Shown here piece after piece: positions 1 through 8,960 of a stretch of 25,795 nt of DNA (positions within the stretch are counted from its first letter, which is position 1; each line of letters begins with the position of its first letter). The stretch lies in assembly GCA_049424145.1 (NCBI GenBank), contig JBMSSC010000025.1:1-25795 (forward strand), written 5' to 3'. A program made the position numbers and the translations under genes. Source of the stretch: Bdellovibrionia bacterium. Lineage in GTDB: Bacteria; Bdellovibrionota; UBA1018. Under the pieces are notes generated by a model. That model saw only the letters and a list, made by a program, of their open reading frames with translations. It made no database searches and had not been told where the DNA came from.

Positions 1-464
1 TTCTCTAAAACGATCGTATAGGCGCTCTTCTTGGCTGACTCAGCAATCACCGTTTTTAACTTGGCAATAATGGGCTGCGTGAGGTCTCGTTCTTTTTGCT
101 GGATCTCAGCCTGAGATCGAGCTGTGAGCTCTTGAAACTTGAGGATCTTCTCCTGCAGCTCCGCTTGCTTTTTTGCCCGTGCCTCATCATTCATCACAAG
201 CGATTGCTTCTTAAATTCCTCACTGAGCTTCTTAATGGAAGCCTCTTCTGCTTGAAGCACTTTTTTCTTTGCATTGAATTCTTTTTCAAGTTGAGCACGG
301 GCTTTTTTTCCAGCCTCAACGGTTTGCAAAACGGTTTGCATATCAACGGTGCCAATTTTCAATTCTTCAGCTGCCTGAGCATTCATCACACCCAACAGAG
401 AAAGACCTCCGACCGTTACTCCCATCCATTGCTTTTGAAGACTTTTAAAATTTCCTAATTTCAT
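1..464 (-). CDS. skp: OmpH/Skp family periplasmic outer-membrane-protein chaperone (3' end runs off the window)
   Basis: Not in the ORF track; translated by hand from ATG at 464: MKLGNFKSLQKQWMGVTVGGLSLLGVMNAQAAEELKIGTVDMQTVLQTVEAGKKARAQLEKEFNAKKKVLQAEE...TQPIIAKLKTVIAESAKKSAYTIVLE. It has a signal peptide, the 'KIGxVD' start of Skp, a long coiled coil and a 'YTIVLE' strand. SD GAGGAG lies at ~472-477, and the gene is downstream of bamA as is typical. Confidence 0.93.
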   Translation of the reverse strand, partial: MKLGNFKSLQKQWMGVTVGGLSLLGVMNAQAAEELKIGTVDMQTVLQTVEAGKKARAQLEKEFNAKKKVLQAEEASIKKLSEEFKKQSLVMNDEARAKKQAELQEKILKFQELTARSQAEIQQKERDLTQPIIAKLKTVIAESAKKSAYTIVLE

Positions 465-740
465 AACCCAACTCCTCAATTTTAACTGAAGCAACCCAAG
501 CTCACTGATCGAGTCCCAGCCCGCCATGGAAAAAATCCACTCTCTGGAGAGCTCTGAATCCTAGGATCAGCGACGGGAGCGTCTGGATGATTCTTTCTCT
601 AGATTGAACTTAAGCCCGCAGACTTCTGGTTTCGTTCAAAGTGCCTTAAGAAAACCACAGGACCCCAGTAAGATCAAGCTTTAGTCTTAGTCAGGATGCA
701 CCTGAAAAACACTCGATTCTCAACGGTTAGGCAGGACGGC

Positions 741-1451
741 TCAAAACTCAAAGCCGCACTCGCCCTTGTCTCCCTGAGCTTCATCCTTCCACTGAAACAC
801 CATAAACCGCGATACCTTGCCGCGAAGGTCTAAAAAATCAAATCCTCGACTCAAGTAAAACCCTTCTGAATATTCCCCGAGACTGGCTAAGGCGATGCCA
901 TTTTTTTGCTGCGCGCGGGCCCAGCCCTTAAGAAAACCCAAGGCCGCCGTACCCCCGCCGCGGCGCCTTTGATTCTCCATCTCGATTCGCACCGACTCAT
1001 GCGGATCCTTTGCCGTCTGAAGATGAGAACGGACCAGAGGAGGAGCACTCACCAAAAGTTTTAAATAAAGATAATTGCCTAAGCCCGACAATTCCCAAGG
1101 CAAGGGACCCACTTGACCAATCGAGAGAATTTGACCCCCTGGGTTACACAGAGCAAAAACACTTTTGGCATTTTGATCGGGAAACGTCTGCATTCGAAGG
1201 TCAGGAGGAACACAATCGATCTCCCTGAGTAAAAGCCCTGCAATCAATTCATGTTCAGAGGTCCCCATCTCGATCCACTGAGTTAAAACACCCCTTAAGT
1301 CAGCAAAAGTGACTCCTCTTTCAACACAATGCTCCGCTTGAATTGAGGCACTGTGGGGACATGAAAAGGGGAGCATGGCTTGAGCCAAAGACCCTGTAAA
1401 AAATGCCAAGATGAGGACCCAGGACTGAAGACGGTGCGAGATCAAAATCAA
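741..1451 (-). CDS. Hypothetical exported protein with a GNAT (N-acetyltransferase)-like C-terminal region
   Basis: 236-aa ORF with a TTG start. The N-terminus is hydrophobic and ends 'SLAQA'. The C-terminal region has 'QRRRGGGTAAL' (acetyl-CoA-binding R/QxxGxG/A motif) and 'SEGFYLSRGF' (GNAT 'xxFYxxxGF' motif). Confidence 0.6.
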   Translation of the reverse strand: MILISHRLQSWVLILAFFTGSLAQAMLPFSCPHSASIQAEHCVERGVTFADLRGVLTQWIEMGTSEHELIAGLLLREIDCVPPDLRMQTFPDQNAKSVFALCNPGGQILSIGQVGPLPWELSGLGNYLYLKLLVSAPPLVRSHLQTAKDPHESVRIEMENQRRRGGGTAALGFLKGWARAQQKNGIALASLGEYSEGFYLSRGFDFLDLRGKVSRFMVFQWKDEAQGDKGECGFEF

Positions 1452-1506
1452 ATGAATTCACTACTTTCTGAAGCAAACTCTCCCATCGCGCTCTGGAATC
1501 CAAGGC

Positions 1507-3867
1507 TTAAAACGGAGGACCAATGAAGAACTGAAACTGAAACACATCTTCGTTTGGCCTTCGATCCAGCGGGTAGCCCCATTCAAATCGTAGGGGCCCC
1601 ATGGGAGAGAAGTACCGAATCCCAAACCCAGCATCTGAGCGAAGGGGGAATAACGCGCGGCCGTACTCCACAGTGTTTCCGATATCGAAGAACAACACAA
1701 ACTTCAAGCCAGCCTCTTTGACAATCGGATACTCCAGCTCAAAAAGGGAGTAAAGCTGAACATCCCCTCCAAGAGGACTATCAAAAGGATTACCCCCCTG
1801 ATCCAAAAGCCTCACTTGAGGACCCAATGAGAAGATTCGAAAACCCTTTAAATTATTCGGACCCCCCAGATAAAACTTTTGAGCAGGGGGAACAACCCGC
1901 CCGGAGATTTCCCCATATTCGGTGCTGTTTCGAAAAACCAGGTCTCCAATCAAGCGATGGTAGAACCGATTATTGACCATGAACTTCAGAAACTCTTTAT
2001 CCCCGCCTAAGCCTGCAAACTCCACTGAAACACTTTGGTAATTACCCGCGGTGGTTTCAAAGCGATTGTTTCTCTGATCCCGAATCACGCTCAGAGTGAG
2101 GCTGGAGATCAAACCGGCATCTAGAGCCAGATTCGGCACATTACTGAGTGCATCCAGCGGCTCCATCCCCTCAAGCTTGTAGGTCAAGTAGGCATAGCTG
2201 TAGTTCCAGACAGGATGCCCCAGGCGAACGTCAAACCCCTGCCTTTTGGAAATGTACTTATTGGGGATCGGAAACATGACTCGATAGACATCAAATCCGG
2301 CGCTCCAGAGCGTATCAAAAGCATAGGGATCGGAGAACCCGAGATTAAAGCTCTGAGCTCTTTGAGCAGAGGCCTGATTCACCGAGAGGTTGGCAGCCAA
2401 GCTGAGGGTTTGACCGCGACCCAGGAAGTTGATGTCAGAAACCTGCGCTTGAAACCCTAAGCCGGAGGTAGGGCCGTAGGAAAGACCCACATTAATGGTG
2501 CCCGTGGAGCGTTCTTTGACTGAGATTTCAACATTCACCACATTGGACCGACCGGGAACCGAGAGCGTATTAAAAGTCACCTCTCCAGGCGAGAAGTACC
2601 CCAACCGCTCGACGGCTTCTTTCGAGAGCCTGAGTTTGGAGCCATTGTAGAGTTCCCCTTCGTGAATCTTCAACTCTCTGCGAATCACCGGATCATAGGT
2701 TTTTGCGTTTCCTACAATATTGATCTGACCGAAGTGAACGAGATCGCCTTTTTCAAAATCGTACTGCAGATCAATGGTCAACAGATCATCGTGGAAGACC
2801 ATCTGAGGCACCACGTTGACAAAGGCATAGCCCAAATCCTGATACTTCTCCGTTAAACTCTGAATGTCTTGATTTCTCTTACTGAGACTGAAGATTTGGC
2901 CACTGCCCATAACTAAGGGCTCTAGCAGCTCCGATTTCTGAAAAAGAAGATCGCCTCCAAACTCCACGGAGCCGATTTGATACTGCTCTCCTTCGTCCAC
3001 ATAAATGGAGATGAACAACCACTTCTGGTCATCACTGACGGTGATTACCGGCGGTTCACTTTTGAACTTCACATAGCCATGCTCGAGGTACCAATAAGTG
3101 AGACGCTGCAAATCCACCTTGAAAGCGGACTCTTTGAAATTTCCAGAGCTACCGAGAAAAGAAAAAGGCCCCCCCTCTTTGGTCTCAGCAAAGACGGCCT
3201 TGAGTTGGTCATCGGAGAACTTTCGATTATTGAGAAACGTAATCCTCTTAATTTGAACTTTATCAAAGTCCTGAATCTTAAACACCAGCTCGAGCTGATC
3301 GGGCTTCTCCGTAGGACGGAGCTCATAAGTGACCTTGGCTAAAAAGAAGCCCTTCTCTTCGTAATGCTTTTGAATTGCAGCAACGTCCTCATTGACTTGA
3401 TTGATGTCGAGAATCGACCAGTCCTTGAGTTTCACTACGTCTTTGAAATCAGCTGCCGTCAGTTGCTCTTTTCCCTCGAAACTGATTTTAGCAATCACGG
3501 GACGTTCTTTGAGCTCATAAATGAGATGAAGCCGCCCCTCGCGAATCTCACCCCACACAGCAATGTCATCAAAATAGCCGAGGCGATATAAGTCCTCAAT
3601 GTCTTGCCGAAGCCCAGATTGAGTCAAGCGACTGCCTGCTTTGGCCTGCAGCTTTCCTAAGACCGCTTCTTTTTCAATTCGGTGAAGCCCTTGGATTTCA
3701 ATGCGCTCGATCACTTGACCAAACGCACTCTGCTGCACTGAGGATTTTAACTGAGAAGACGAACCGGATTGAGCCGCTTGTGCGGAGGCCACCCCCCCTT
3801 CACTCCCGAGTGAAACCAAAACCAGCGCGACCCAAATCCGTGAGAATTTCCAAATAAAATTGAGCAC
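1507..3867 (-). CDS. bamA: Outer membrane protein assembly factor BamA
   Basis: 786 aa with a signal peptide and POTRA repeats ('IERIEIQGLHRIE', 'GNAKTYDPVIRRE', 'ISVKERSTG'). The barrel has 'NFLGRGQ' and 'GFGIRYFSPMGPLRFEWGYPL' and ends in Phe. It sits in lolCD-bamA-skp context. Confidence 0.97.
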   Translation of the reverse strand: MLNFIWKFSRIWVALVLVSLGSEGGVASAQAAQSGSSSQLKSSVQQSAFGQVIERIEIQGLHRIEKEAVLGKLQAKAGSRLTQSGLRQDIEDLYRLGYFDDIAVWGEIREGRLHLIYELKERPVIAKISFEGKEQLTAADFKDVVKLKDWSILDINQVNEDVAAIQKHYEEKGFFLAKVTYELRPTEKPDQLELVFKIQDFDKVQIKRITFLNNRKFSDDQLKAVFAETKEGGPFSFLGSSGNFKESAFKVDLQRLTYWYLEHGYVKFKSEPPVITVSDDQKWLFISIYVDEGEQYQIGSVEFGGDLLFQKSELLEPLVMGSGQIFSLSKRNQDIQSLTEKYQDLGYAFVNVVPQMVFHDDLLTIDLQYDFEKGDLVHFGQINIVGNAKTYDPVIRRELKIHEGELYNGSKLRLSKEAVERLGYFSPGEVTFNTLSVPGRSNVVNVEISVKERSTGTINVGLSYGPTSGLGFQAQVSDINFLGRGQTLSLAANLSVNQASAQRAQSFNLGFSDPYAFDTLWSAGFDVYRVMFPIPNKYISKRQGFDVRLGHPVWNYSYAYLTYKLEGMEPLDALSNVPNLALDAGLISSLTLSVIRDQRNNRFETTAGNYQSVSVEFAGLGGDKEFLKFMVNNRFYHRLIGDLVFRNSTEYGEISGRVVPPAQKFYLGGPNNLKGFRIFSLGPQVRLLDQGGNPFDSPLGGDVQLYSLFELEYPIVKEAGLKFVLFFDIGNTVEYGRALFPLRSDAGFGIRYFSPMGPLRFEWGYPLDRRPNEDVFQFQFFIGPPF

Positions 3868-3876
3868 TAGATCTTA

Positions 3877-3905
3877 TGTCTAGGTGGCCAAGACCTTACT
3901 GTCAA
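3877..3905 (-). promoter_or_regulatory. Candidate sigma70-type promoter for bamA
   Basis: On the minus strand: TTGACA (3905-3900), a 17-bp spacer, then TAGACA (3882-3877), an imperfect -10. It lies 9 bp before the GTG start, and no SD is visible. Confidence 0.35.
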
Positions 3906-3934
3906 CAATAAGAAGAAGACTCAGGAATTAATTT

Positions 3935-4708
3935 CTACCTCGACGGAGAACCTTGCGGTCGAGACTCCTGGACCACGAGTCCATCTTTCATCACCAAGAT
4001 TCGATCCATTTTTTGAGCCAAGACGAGATCATGCGTCACTAAAAGGATCGACACACCGGTGATTCGATTTAACTTAATCAACAGGCTCATGACCCGATCG
4101 CAGTTTTCCGAGTCCAAATTCCCCGTCAGCTCGTCGGCCATGAGAATTTTGGGTCTAAGAATCACAGCACGCGCAATCGCCACACGCTGCTGTTCCCCGC
4201 CGGAGAGTTCACTGGGCCGATGCTCCATGCGATTTTCAAGACCTACGAATTCCAAGAGGGCTTTGGCTTGTTTTTGAGAGTCCGCACGCGTGTAGCCTGC
4301 AATCAAAGCTGGCATCATGACATTTTCTAAAGCTGAGAACTCAGGCAGCAAGTAGTGAAACTGAAACACGAAGCCTAGGGATCGATTCCTAAAGTTAGCC
4401 AGGGCCTTTTCTGAGAGTTTAAAAATATTCTCCTGCTGAGGACCAAAGAGGACTCGACCTGAAGTCGGAGTTTCAAGTGTCCCTAAAACGTGAAGTAAGG
4501 TGCTTTTTCCCACTCCCGAGGCTCCTGTGATGGCCACCATTTCCCCGGCCCTCAAGGAGAGATCGACCCCTCGAATCACGGGAACTTCTTTTTTCCCCTT
4601 AAAGAAGGATTTCTTAATCTCGTGAGCCCTCAATAGAACATCCGGAGATACCTTGCGCTCAGAGACTTTTTGATTCAATTGAAGAGGTTCCATCGGCTTA
4701 CGCATCAT
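3935..4708 (-). CDS. lolD: Lipoprotein-releasing ABC transporter ATP-binding protein LolD
   Basis: Walker A GASGVGKST, 'RNRSLGFVFQFHYLLPEFSALENV', signature LSGGEQQRVAIARA, 'DELTGNLD' and 'VTHD'. The start was moved from 4777 to the ATG at 4708 (or 4705), which overlaps the lolC/E stop. Confidence 0.93.
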   Translation of the reverse strand: MMRKPMEPLQLNQKVSERKVSPDVLLRAHEIKKSFFKGKKEVPVIRGVDLSLRAGEMVAITGASGVGKSTLLHVLGTLETPTSGRVLFGPQQENIFKLSEKALANFRNRSLGFVFQFHYLLPEFSALENVMMPALIAGYTRADSQKQAKALLEFVGLENRMEHRPSELSGGEQQRVAIARAVILRPKILMADELTGNLDSENCDRVMSLLIKLNRITGVSILLVTHDLVLAQKMDRILVMKDGLVVQESRPQGSPSR

Positions 4709-5918
4709 ATCTGAGTCCTTCCAAAGGAGATCTCCTCGCCACTTTCCAAGAAGGATAGAGTGTTGCAGCAAAGGCAATCAACAGTGCCACAACGCCAATG
4801 AGAGCAATCTCTTTCCAGCGAACAATGACAGATAAAAACTCAATCGAATAGATATCTGGAGGGAGCTGAATCCAGTGAGTTTGATTAATCACCCAACCCA
4901 ACGCTAATCCCAAAGCCATTCCCCCCAGAGTTCCCACACACCCAATGCCAAGACCAATCCAACAAAACAGTCCAAACCCTTGGGATGGTTTTAATCCCAT
5001 GGCCTTTAGGATTGAAATCTCCTTGCTTCGGTCGTGAATCATCATCATTAGAGTACTGACCACATTAAAAGCCGCAACAATGACGATGACTGTCAGAATG
5101 ATTGCAATCACCACTTTTTCTAACCGGATGGCATAGAACAAATTCTTATTCAGATGACTCCAGTCCTTGGCTCGAAAGGGGAAGCCAAAGCCATCCGTCA
5201 ATCGCTCCGCCACCTCACGGCTCTTGGTGCTTGAGTCCAATTTTAGATGAAAGGTCGTCACTCGCCCGGGCTGATGAAGAAACGCTTGCGTCTCCTGCAG
5301 GGTCATAAAGATGAACTTGGAGTCGTAGTCATACATCCCCATCCGCACCCGGCCCACAACGCGAGCTTTCATCATGCGAGGTGCGGAATCCACCCCTCCT
5401 GCAAAAGGAGCCACCAGACGAATCTCAGAACCGAGCTCCGCACCAATCTTATCCGCCAACGCAGAACCCACGGCCACTTCGCCTGCAGACTCAGGGAGCC
5501 TTCCTGAGGCCAAAGACCGAGGAATCGAAGTCACCTGAGCAAGAGTCTCAGGATCAAACCCCTGAAGGATGGCGCCGGAGACACCCAGATCGGTGGAGAC
5601 CATGAGCTCACTGATAAACGAAGGACTGATGGCCTTGACCTCAGGAGCCATTTTCATCACTTCAGCAAGAACCTGCTGGGGGGCTGCAACCGGATCCCCG
5701 CGCGAGTAAAGCAGCACCTCACCATTCATCCCCGTAATCACTCGAGTCAACTGACCTTCAAAACCGTTGATCACGCTGGTCACCACGGTGAGCGCCATCA
5801 CGCCCAAAGTCACTCCCAGAACAGAGACCCAGGAGATGTAAGATAAAAAACCGTCATTATATTGAGAGAGTAAAAACTTCCTTGCTAGCAGCACAATCAA
5901 AGAGGATCGAGATGCCAT
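4698..5918 (-). CDS. lolC: Lipoprotein-releasing ABC transporter permease (LolC/E family, single copy)
   Basis: 406 aa with 'GVMALTVVTSVINGF', a periplasmic domain with 'GMYDYD', 'IVAAFNVVSTLMMMIHDRSKEISILKAMG' and a C-terminal 'YPSWKVARRSPLEGLRYD'. Confidence 0.92.
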   Translation of the reverse strand: MASRSSLIVLLARKFLLSQYNDGFLSYISWVSVLGVTLGVMALTVVTSVINGFEGQLTRVITGMNGEVLLYSRGDPVAAPQQVLAEVMKMAPEVKAISPSFISELMVSTDLGVSGAILQGFDPETLAQVTSIPRSLASGRLPESAGEVAVGSALADKIGAELGSEIRLVAPFAGGVDSAPRMMKARVVGRVRMGMYDYDSKFIFMTLQETQAFLHQPGRVTTFHLKLDSSTKSREVAERLTDGFGFPFRAKDWSHLNKNLFYAIRLEKVVIAIILTVIVIVAAFNVVSTLMMMIHDRSKEISILKAMGLKPSQGFGLFCWIGLGIGCVGTLGGMALGLALGWVINQTHWIQLPPDIYSIEFLSVIVRWKEIALIGVVALLIAFAATLYPSWKVARRSPLEGLRYDA

Positions 5919-5930
5919 CCGTTTGGGCTC

Positions 5931-7436
5931 CTACCCTTCTGAGGGAATCGGTCTCATGAGCGGAAATAAGATCACATCGCGAATGCTGGGGGAATCAGTA
6001 AAGAGCATGACCAGACGATCGATCCCGATTCCTGCCCCTGCCGTCGGAGGCATTCCATACTCAAGAGCAGTGACGTAATCCAAATCCATATCCGTGGCTT
6101 CTTCGTTACCCGCTTGTTTGGCTGCTACTTGAGCCTCAAAGCGAGCTTTTTGATCCACGGGGTCGTTTAATTCTGAAAAGGCGTTGGCCATCTCTCGACC
6201 ATAAATGTAAAGTTCAAACCGATCCACAAGAAACGGATCCGCTTCATTTTGTCGAGAGAGAGGGGAAACATCAAGTGGGTAGTGCGTCACGAATGTGGGT
6301 TGAATCAACTTAGACTCCACTTCGTGATCAAATATCACCATCATCAAGCCGCCAACGGAGTCTTTAGGGTCCATGGGAAGGCCTTTTTTCTGACCATAGG
6401 CCAGCAGGGCTTGGCGATTTCGAAGCGCAGAGGCATCCTGAAACCCACTGAACTGAAGAATCGCCTCTTCGACTCGAATCCTTTTCCAGGGGGCCTGCAA
6501 ATGAATTTCAGTGCCTTGATAGATTAAGGGTTTTCCTTCTAAAACGGTCTTTTGAAGCCTAAAGAATAAGGTTTCAATGGACTCCATCAGATCTTCATAG
6601 GTAGCGTAAGCCTGATAAAATTCAAGCATCGTAAACTCAGGGTTATGCTTGATGGAAATCCCTTCATTTCTAAAATTGCGATTGATCTCAAACACCCGCT
6701 CAAAGCCACCGACGACTAGCCTTTTTAAATACAGTTCAGGTGCAATCCTCATGAACAATTCCATGTCCAAAGCATTGTGATGAGTGGAAAACGGTCGAGC
6801 CGTTGCGCCCCCTGCAATGGGGTGAAGCATCGGAGTTTCCACCTCCAAGTAATCGGCTTCAACAAAGAACTTTCGAATCTCCTCGATTAATCGAGACCGC
6901 CTACGAAACGTCTCACGCGTTTCTGGGCTCATCATCAGATCCAAGTACCGTTGGCGGTACTTGATTTCTACATCGGCAATCCCGTGATACTTCTCCGGCA
7001 AGGGCCTTAAAGATTTCGTCAGTAGATCGAGACTGGAGCAGTTCACCGAGAGCTCACCGGTTTTGGTTTTAAAGACGACTCCTTGGGCAAAGACAATATC
7101 GCCAATGTCTAAGCCTTTATAGAAGGCATGCCCTTCGGCCCCAAGCTTTTCTTTTTGAACAAACAACTGGATCAAACCAGTTCGGTCTTTCAAGCGAACA
7201 AAAGCGGCCTTCCCAAAATCTCGAATTGCCATGATTCGCCCGGCAACGGAACACGGATGCTGAAGGGCTTCGAGTTCCTCTTTGGATTGATGAGCATAAG
7301 CCTGATGAAGGTCTTTAGCCAAAGCCGAAGGCGTGCGGCCATTGGGGTACGGATTCCTTCCTTCTTGTCTTAAGCGATCCAACTTCTCAAAGCGGACTCT
7401 CACTTGCTCAGAGTGATCGATGACGGCGTTCTCCAT
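5931..7436 (-). CDS. lysS: Lysine--tRNA ligase (class II)
   Basis: 501 aa with an OB anticodon domain ('AGRIMAIRDFGKAAF'), 'YRQRYLDL', motif 2 'FRNEGISIKHNPEFTMLEFY' and motif 3 'GMPPTAGAGIGIDRLVML'. SD AAGGAG lies upstream. Confidence 0.98.
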   Translation of the reverse strand: MENAVIDHSEQVRVRFEKLDRLRQEGRNPYPNGRTPSALAKDLHQAYAHQSKEELEALQHPCSVAGRIMAIRDFGKAAFVRLKDRTGLIQLFVQKEKLGAEGHAFYKGLDIGDIVFAQGVVFKTKTGELSVNCSSLDLLTKSLRPLPEKYHGIADVEIKYRQRYLDLMMSPETRETFRRRSRLIEEIRKFFVEADYLEVETPMLHPIAGGATARPFSTHHNALDMELFMRIAPELYLKRLVVGGFERVFEINRNFRNEGISIKHNPEFTMLEFYQAYATYEDLMESIETLFFRLQKTVLEGKPLIYQGTEIHLQAPWKRIRVEEAILQFSGFQDASALRNRQALLAYGQKKGLPMDPKDSVGGLMMVIFDHEVESKLIQPTFVTHYPLDVSPLSRQNEADPFLVDRFELYIYGREMANAFSELNDPVDQKARFEAQVAAKQAGNEEATDMDLDYVTALEYGMPPTAGAGIGIDRLVMLFTDSPSIRDVILFPLMRPIPSEG

Positions 7437-7562
7437 GGAACCGGACTCCTTTTTTTAGACTGGGGGAGGGATACACAAGCAGCTATCGGGCTTTTGATTC
7501 TTGTTTTCAATGGACTTCAGCGCCTGACCCTGGTTGCAAACATCCCCTTCTGTTTTCAGTCA

Positions 7563-7598
7563 GAGGGGATCGCCCGAGGTTCCTCTGGCGACCCCCTC
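7563..7598. repeat. Near-perfect 17-bp inverted repeat in the trxB-lysS spacer
   Basis: Arms are gaggggatcgcccgagg (7563-7579) and cctctggcgaccccctc (7582-7598). Fifteen of 17 positions are Watson-Crick, one more is G.U on the minus strand, and one is a mismatch. Confidence 0.8.
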
Positions 7599-7657
7599 AG
7601 CTCTTGTCAAGCAGACTCACCTCAACCCAGACCTGGGGATGGGTTCAGGAGTGCTTC

Positions 7658-8626
7658 TTAATGATTCTCCTGCTGTTCTAAAAAGCGCTCTGCATCAATG
7701 GCAGCCATGCATCCACTTCCCGCAGCCGTCACTGCTTGACGGTAGACCGGATCTGCCACATCGCCGGCTGCAAAGACTCCGGGGATGGTGGTCCGAGTGG
7801 ATCCTGGATCAATGAGGAGGTAGCCTGCCTCATTGGTTTTAAGCTGCCCCTTAAAGATCGAGGTATTCGGCTCATGACCGATGGCAACAAAAACCCCTTC
7901 ACCTTTGAGGTCTTCCAGGGCGCCGGTTTTTAAATTTTTGACTCGAACCCCAGTGACCGCTTGATCTCCTAGGATTTCATCAATTGCTGAGTCCAGGATG
8001 AAGCGAATTTTGGGATTTTTCCGAGCTTTCTCCTGCATGATTTTGCTGGCTCGAAGCTGTTCACGGCGATGAATTACGGTGACGGACTTGGCAAAGCGAG
8101 TCAAAAAGGTCGCCTCTTCCATTGCCGTATCTCCTCCACCCACGACAAACACATCTAAGTTTCTGAAGAAAAACCCATCACACGTTGCGCAAGCAGAAAC
8201 CCCTTTACCCATGAGGCGCTTTTCCCCTGCAGCTCCGGTCCATTTGGCCGAGGCTCCTGTGGCGATGATCAGCGTTTGAGCTCGAATCGTTTTTCCATCG
8301 GAGAACTTCAAAGTAAAGGGTCGACAGGAGAGGTCAGCTGAGACCACATTGCCTTGATGAAACCGAGTCCCAAACCGCTCGGATTGCTTTCGAAACGCGG
8401 TCATCAACTCAGGACCCATCACGGGCTCAGCAAAGCCTGGGTAGTTTTCCACATCACTGGTGATGGTCAACTGTCCTCCGGGCTGTTCACCCTCCACACA
8501 GAGGGGCTGCAAATTGGCTCGAGCCGAATAAATCGCTGAGGTCAAACCAGCAGGACCGGTCCCTAAAATCACCAGATCCTCAACGGTACGTTCTGGGGCT
8601 TCACTTTTTGGGGTCAGATCACTCAT
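7658..8626 (-). CDS. trxB: Thioredoxin-disulfide reductase
   Basis: 322 aa with FAD-binding GTGPAG, 'GGQLTITSDVENYPGF', redox CATC, NADPH-binding GGGDTA and 'GVFAAGDV...YRQAVTAAGSGC'. Confidence 0.98.
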   Translation of the reverse strand: MSDLTPKSEAPERTVEDLVILGTGPAGLTSAIYSARANLQPLCVEGEQPGGQLTITSDVENYPGFAEPVMGPELMTAFRKQSERFGTRFHQGNVVSADLSCRPFTLKFSDGKTIRAQTLIIATGASAKWTGAAGEKRLMGKGVSACATCDGFFFRNLDVFVVGGGDTAMEEATFLTRFAKSVTVIHRREQLRASKIMQEKARKNPKIRFILDSAIDEILGDQAVTGVRVKNLKTGALEDLKGEGVFVAIGHEPNTSIFKGQLKTNEAGYLLIDPGSTRTTIPGVFAAGDVADPVYRQAVTAAGSGCMAAIDAERFLEQQENH

Positions 8627-8634
8627 GAGAGCTC

Positions 8635-8853
8635 TCAGTGCTGTTGGCTGTTGACCGAGCGAGTGCGCTGTGACTCATCGATCTGGGGAGAAAAGGATTC
8701 TAAACTGATCCAATCTGCATTTTCTGCATCATCTGGGAGCGCGTGCAGGGCTTTCTCTACGTCTTCTTTCTTGATCACCCCTCGAGCGATATTTTTTTCA
8801 ATCAATCGAACATCTAATCTTTTTAAATCCACTGCATCATGTAAAAGTGCCAT
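8635..8853 (-). CDS. Small hypothetical protein (72 aa)
   Basis: Likely start is the ATG at 8853: MALLHDAVDLKRLDVRLIEKNIARGVIKKEDVEKALHALPDDAENADWISL... It has protein-like amphipathic helices and stops 8 bp before trxB on the same strand. Confidence 0.7.
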   Translation of the reverse strand: MALLHDAVDLKRLDVRLIEKNIARGVIKKEDVEKALHALPDDAENADWISLESFSPQIDESQRTRSVNSQQH

Positions 8854-8960
8854 AGCGCATTGATAAATCGGTCCAGGCCCCGCTGTCAATCCTAACCTCA
8901 GCCCTGGACTGAAAGAACCGGAGTGAAGGAGCGCAGGCAAGTGGTTTCAGCCGAGGGTCT

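Noticed and set aside
96..458. 120-aa Leu/Phe-rich plus-strand ORF
   Set aside because: Antisense shadow of the K/E-rich skp gene on the minus strand.
4709..4777. N-terminal extensions given by the ORF track (lolD, and likewise rhomboid, the 101-aa ORF and topB-recQ)
   Set aside because: They overlap upstream genes or lack an SD; downstream ATGs fit family starts and operon spacing better.
7605..7610. Perfect TTGACA on the minus strand upstream of lysS
   Set aside because: No plausible -10 element 16-18 bp downstream; that position falls in the GC-rich hairpin.
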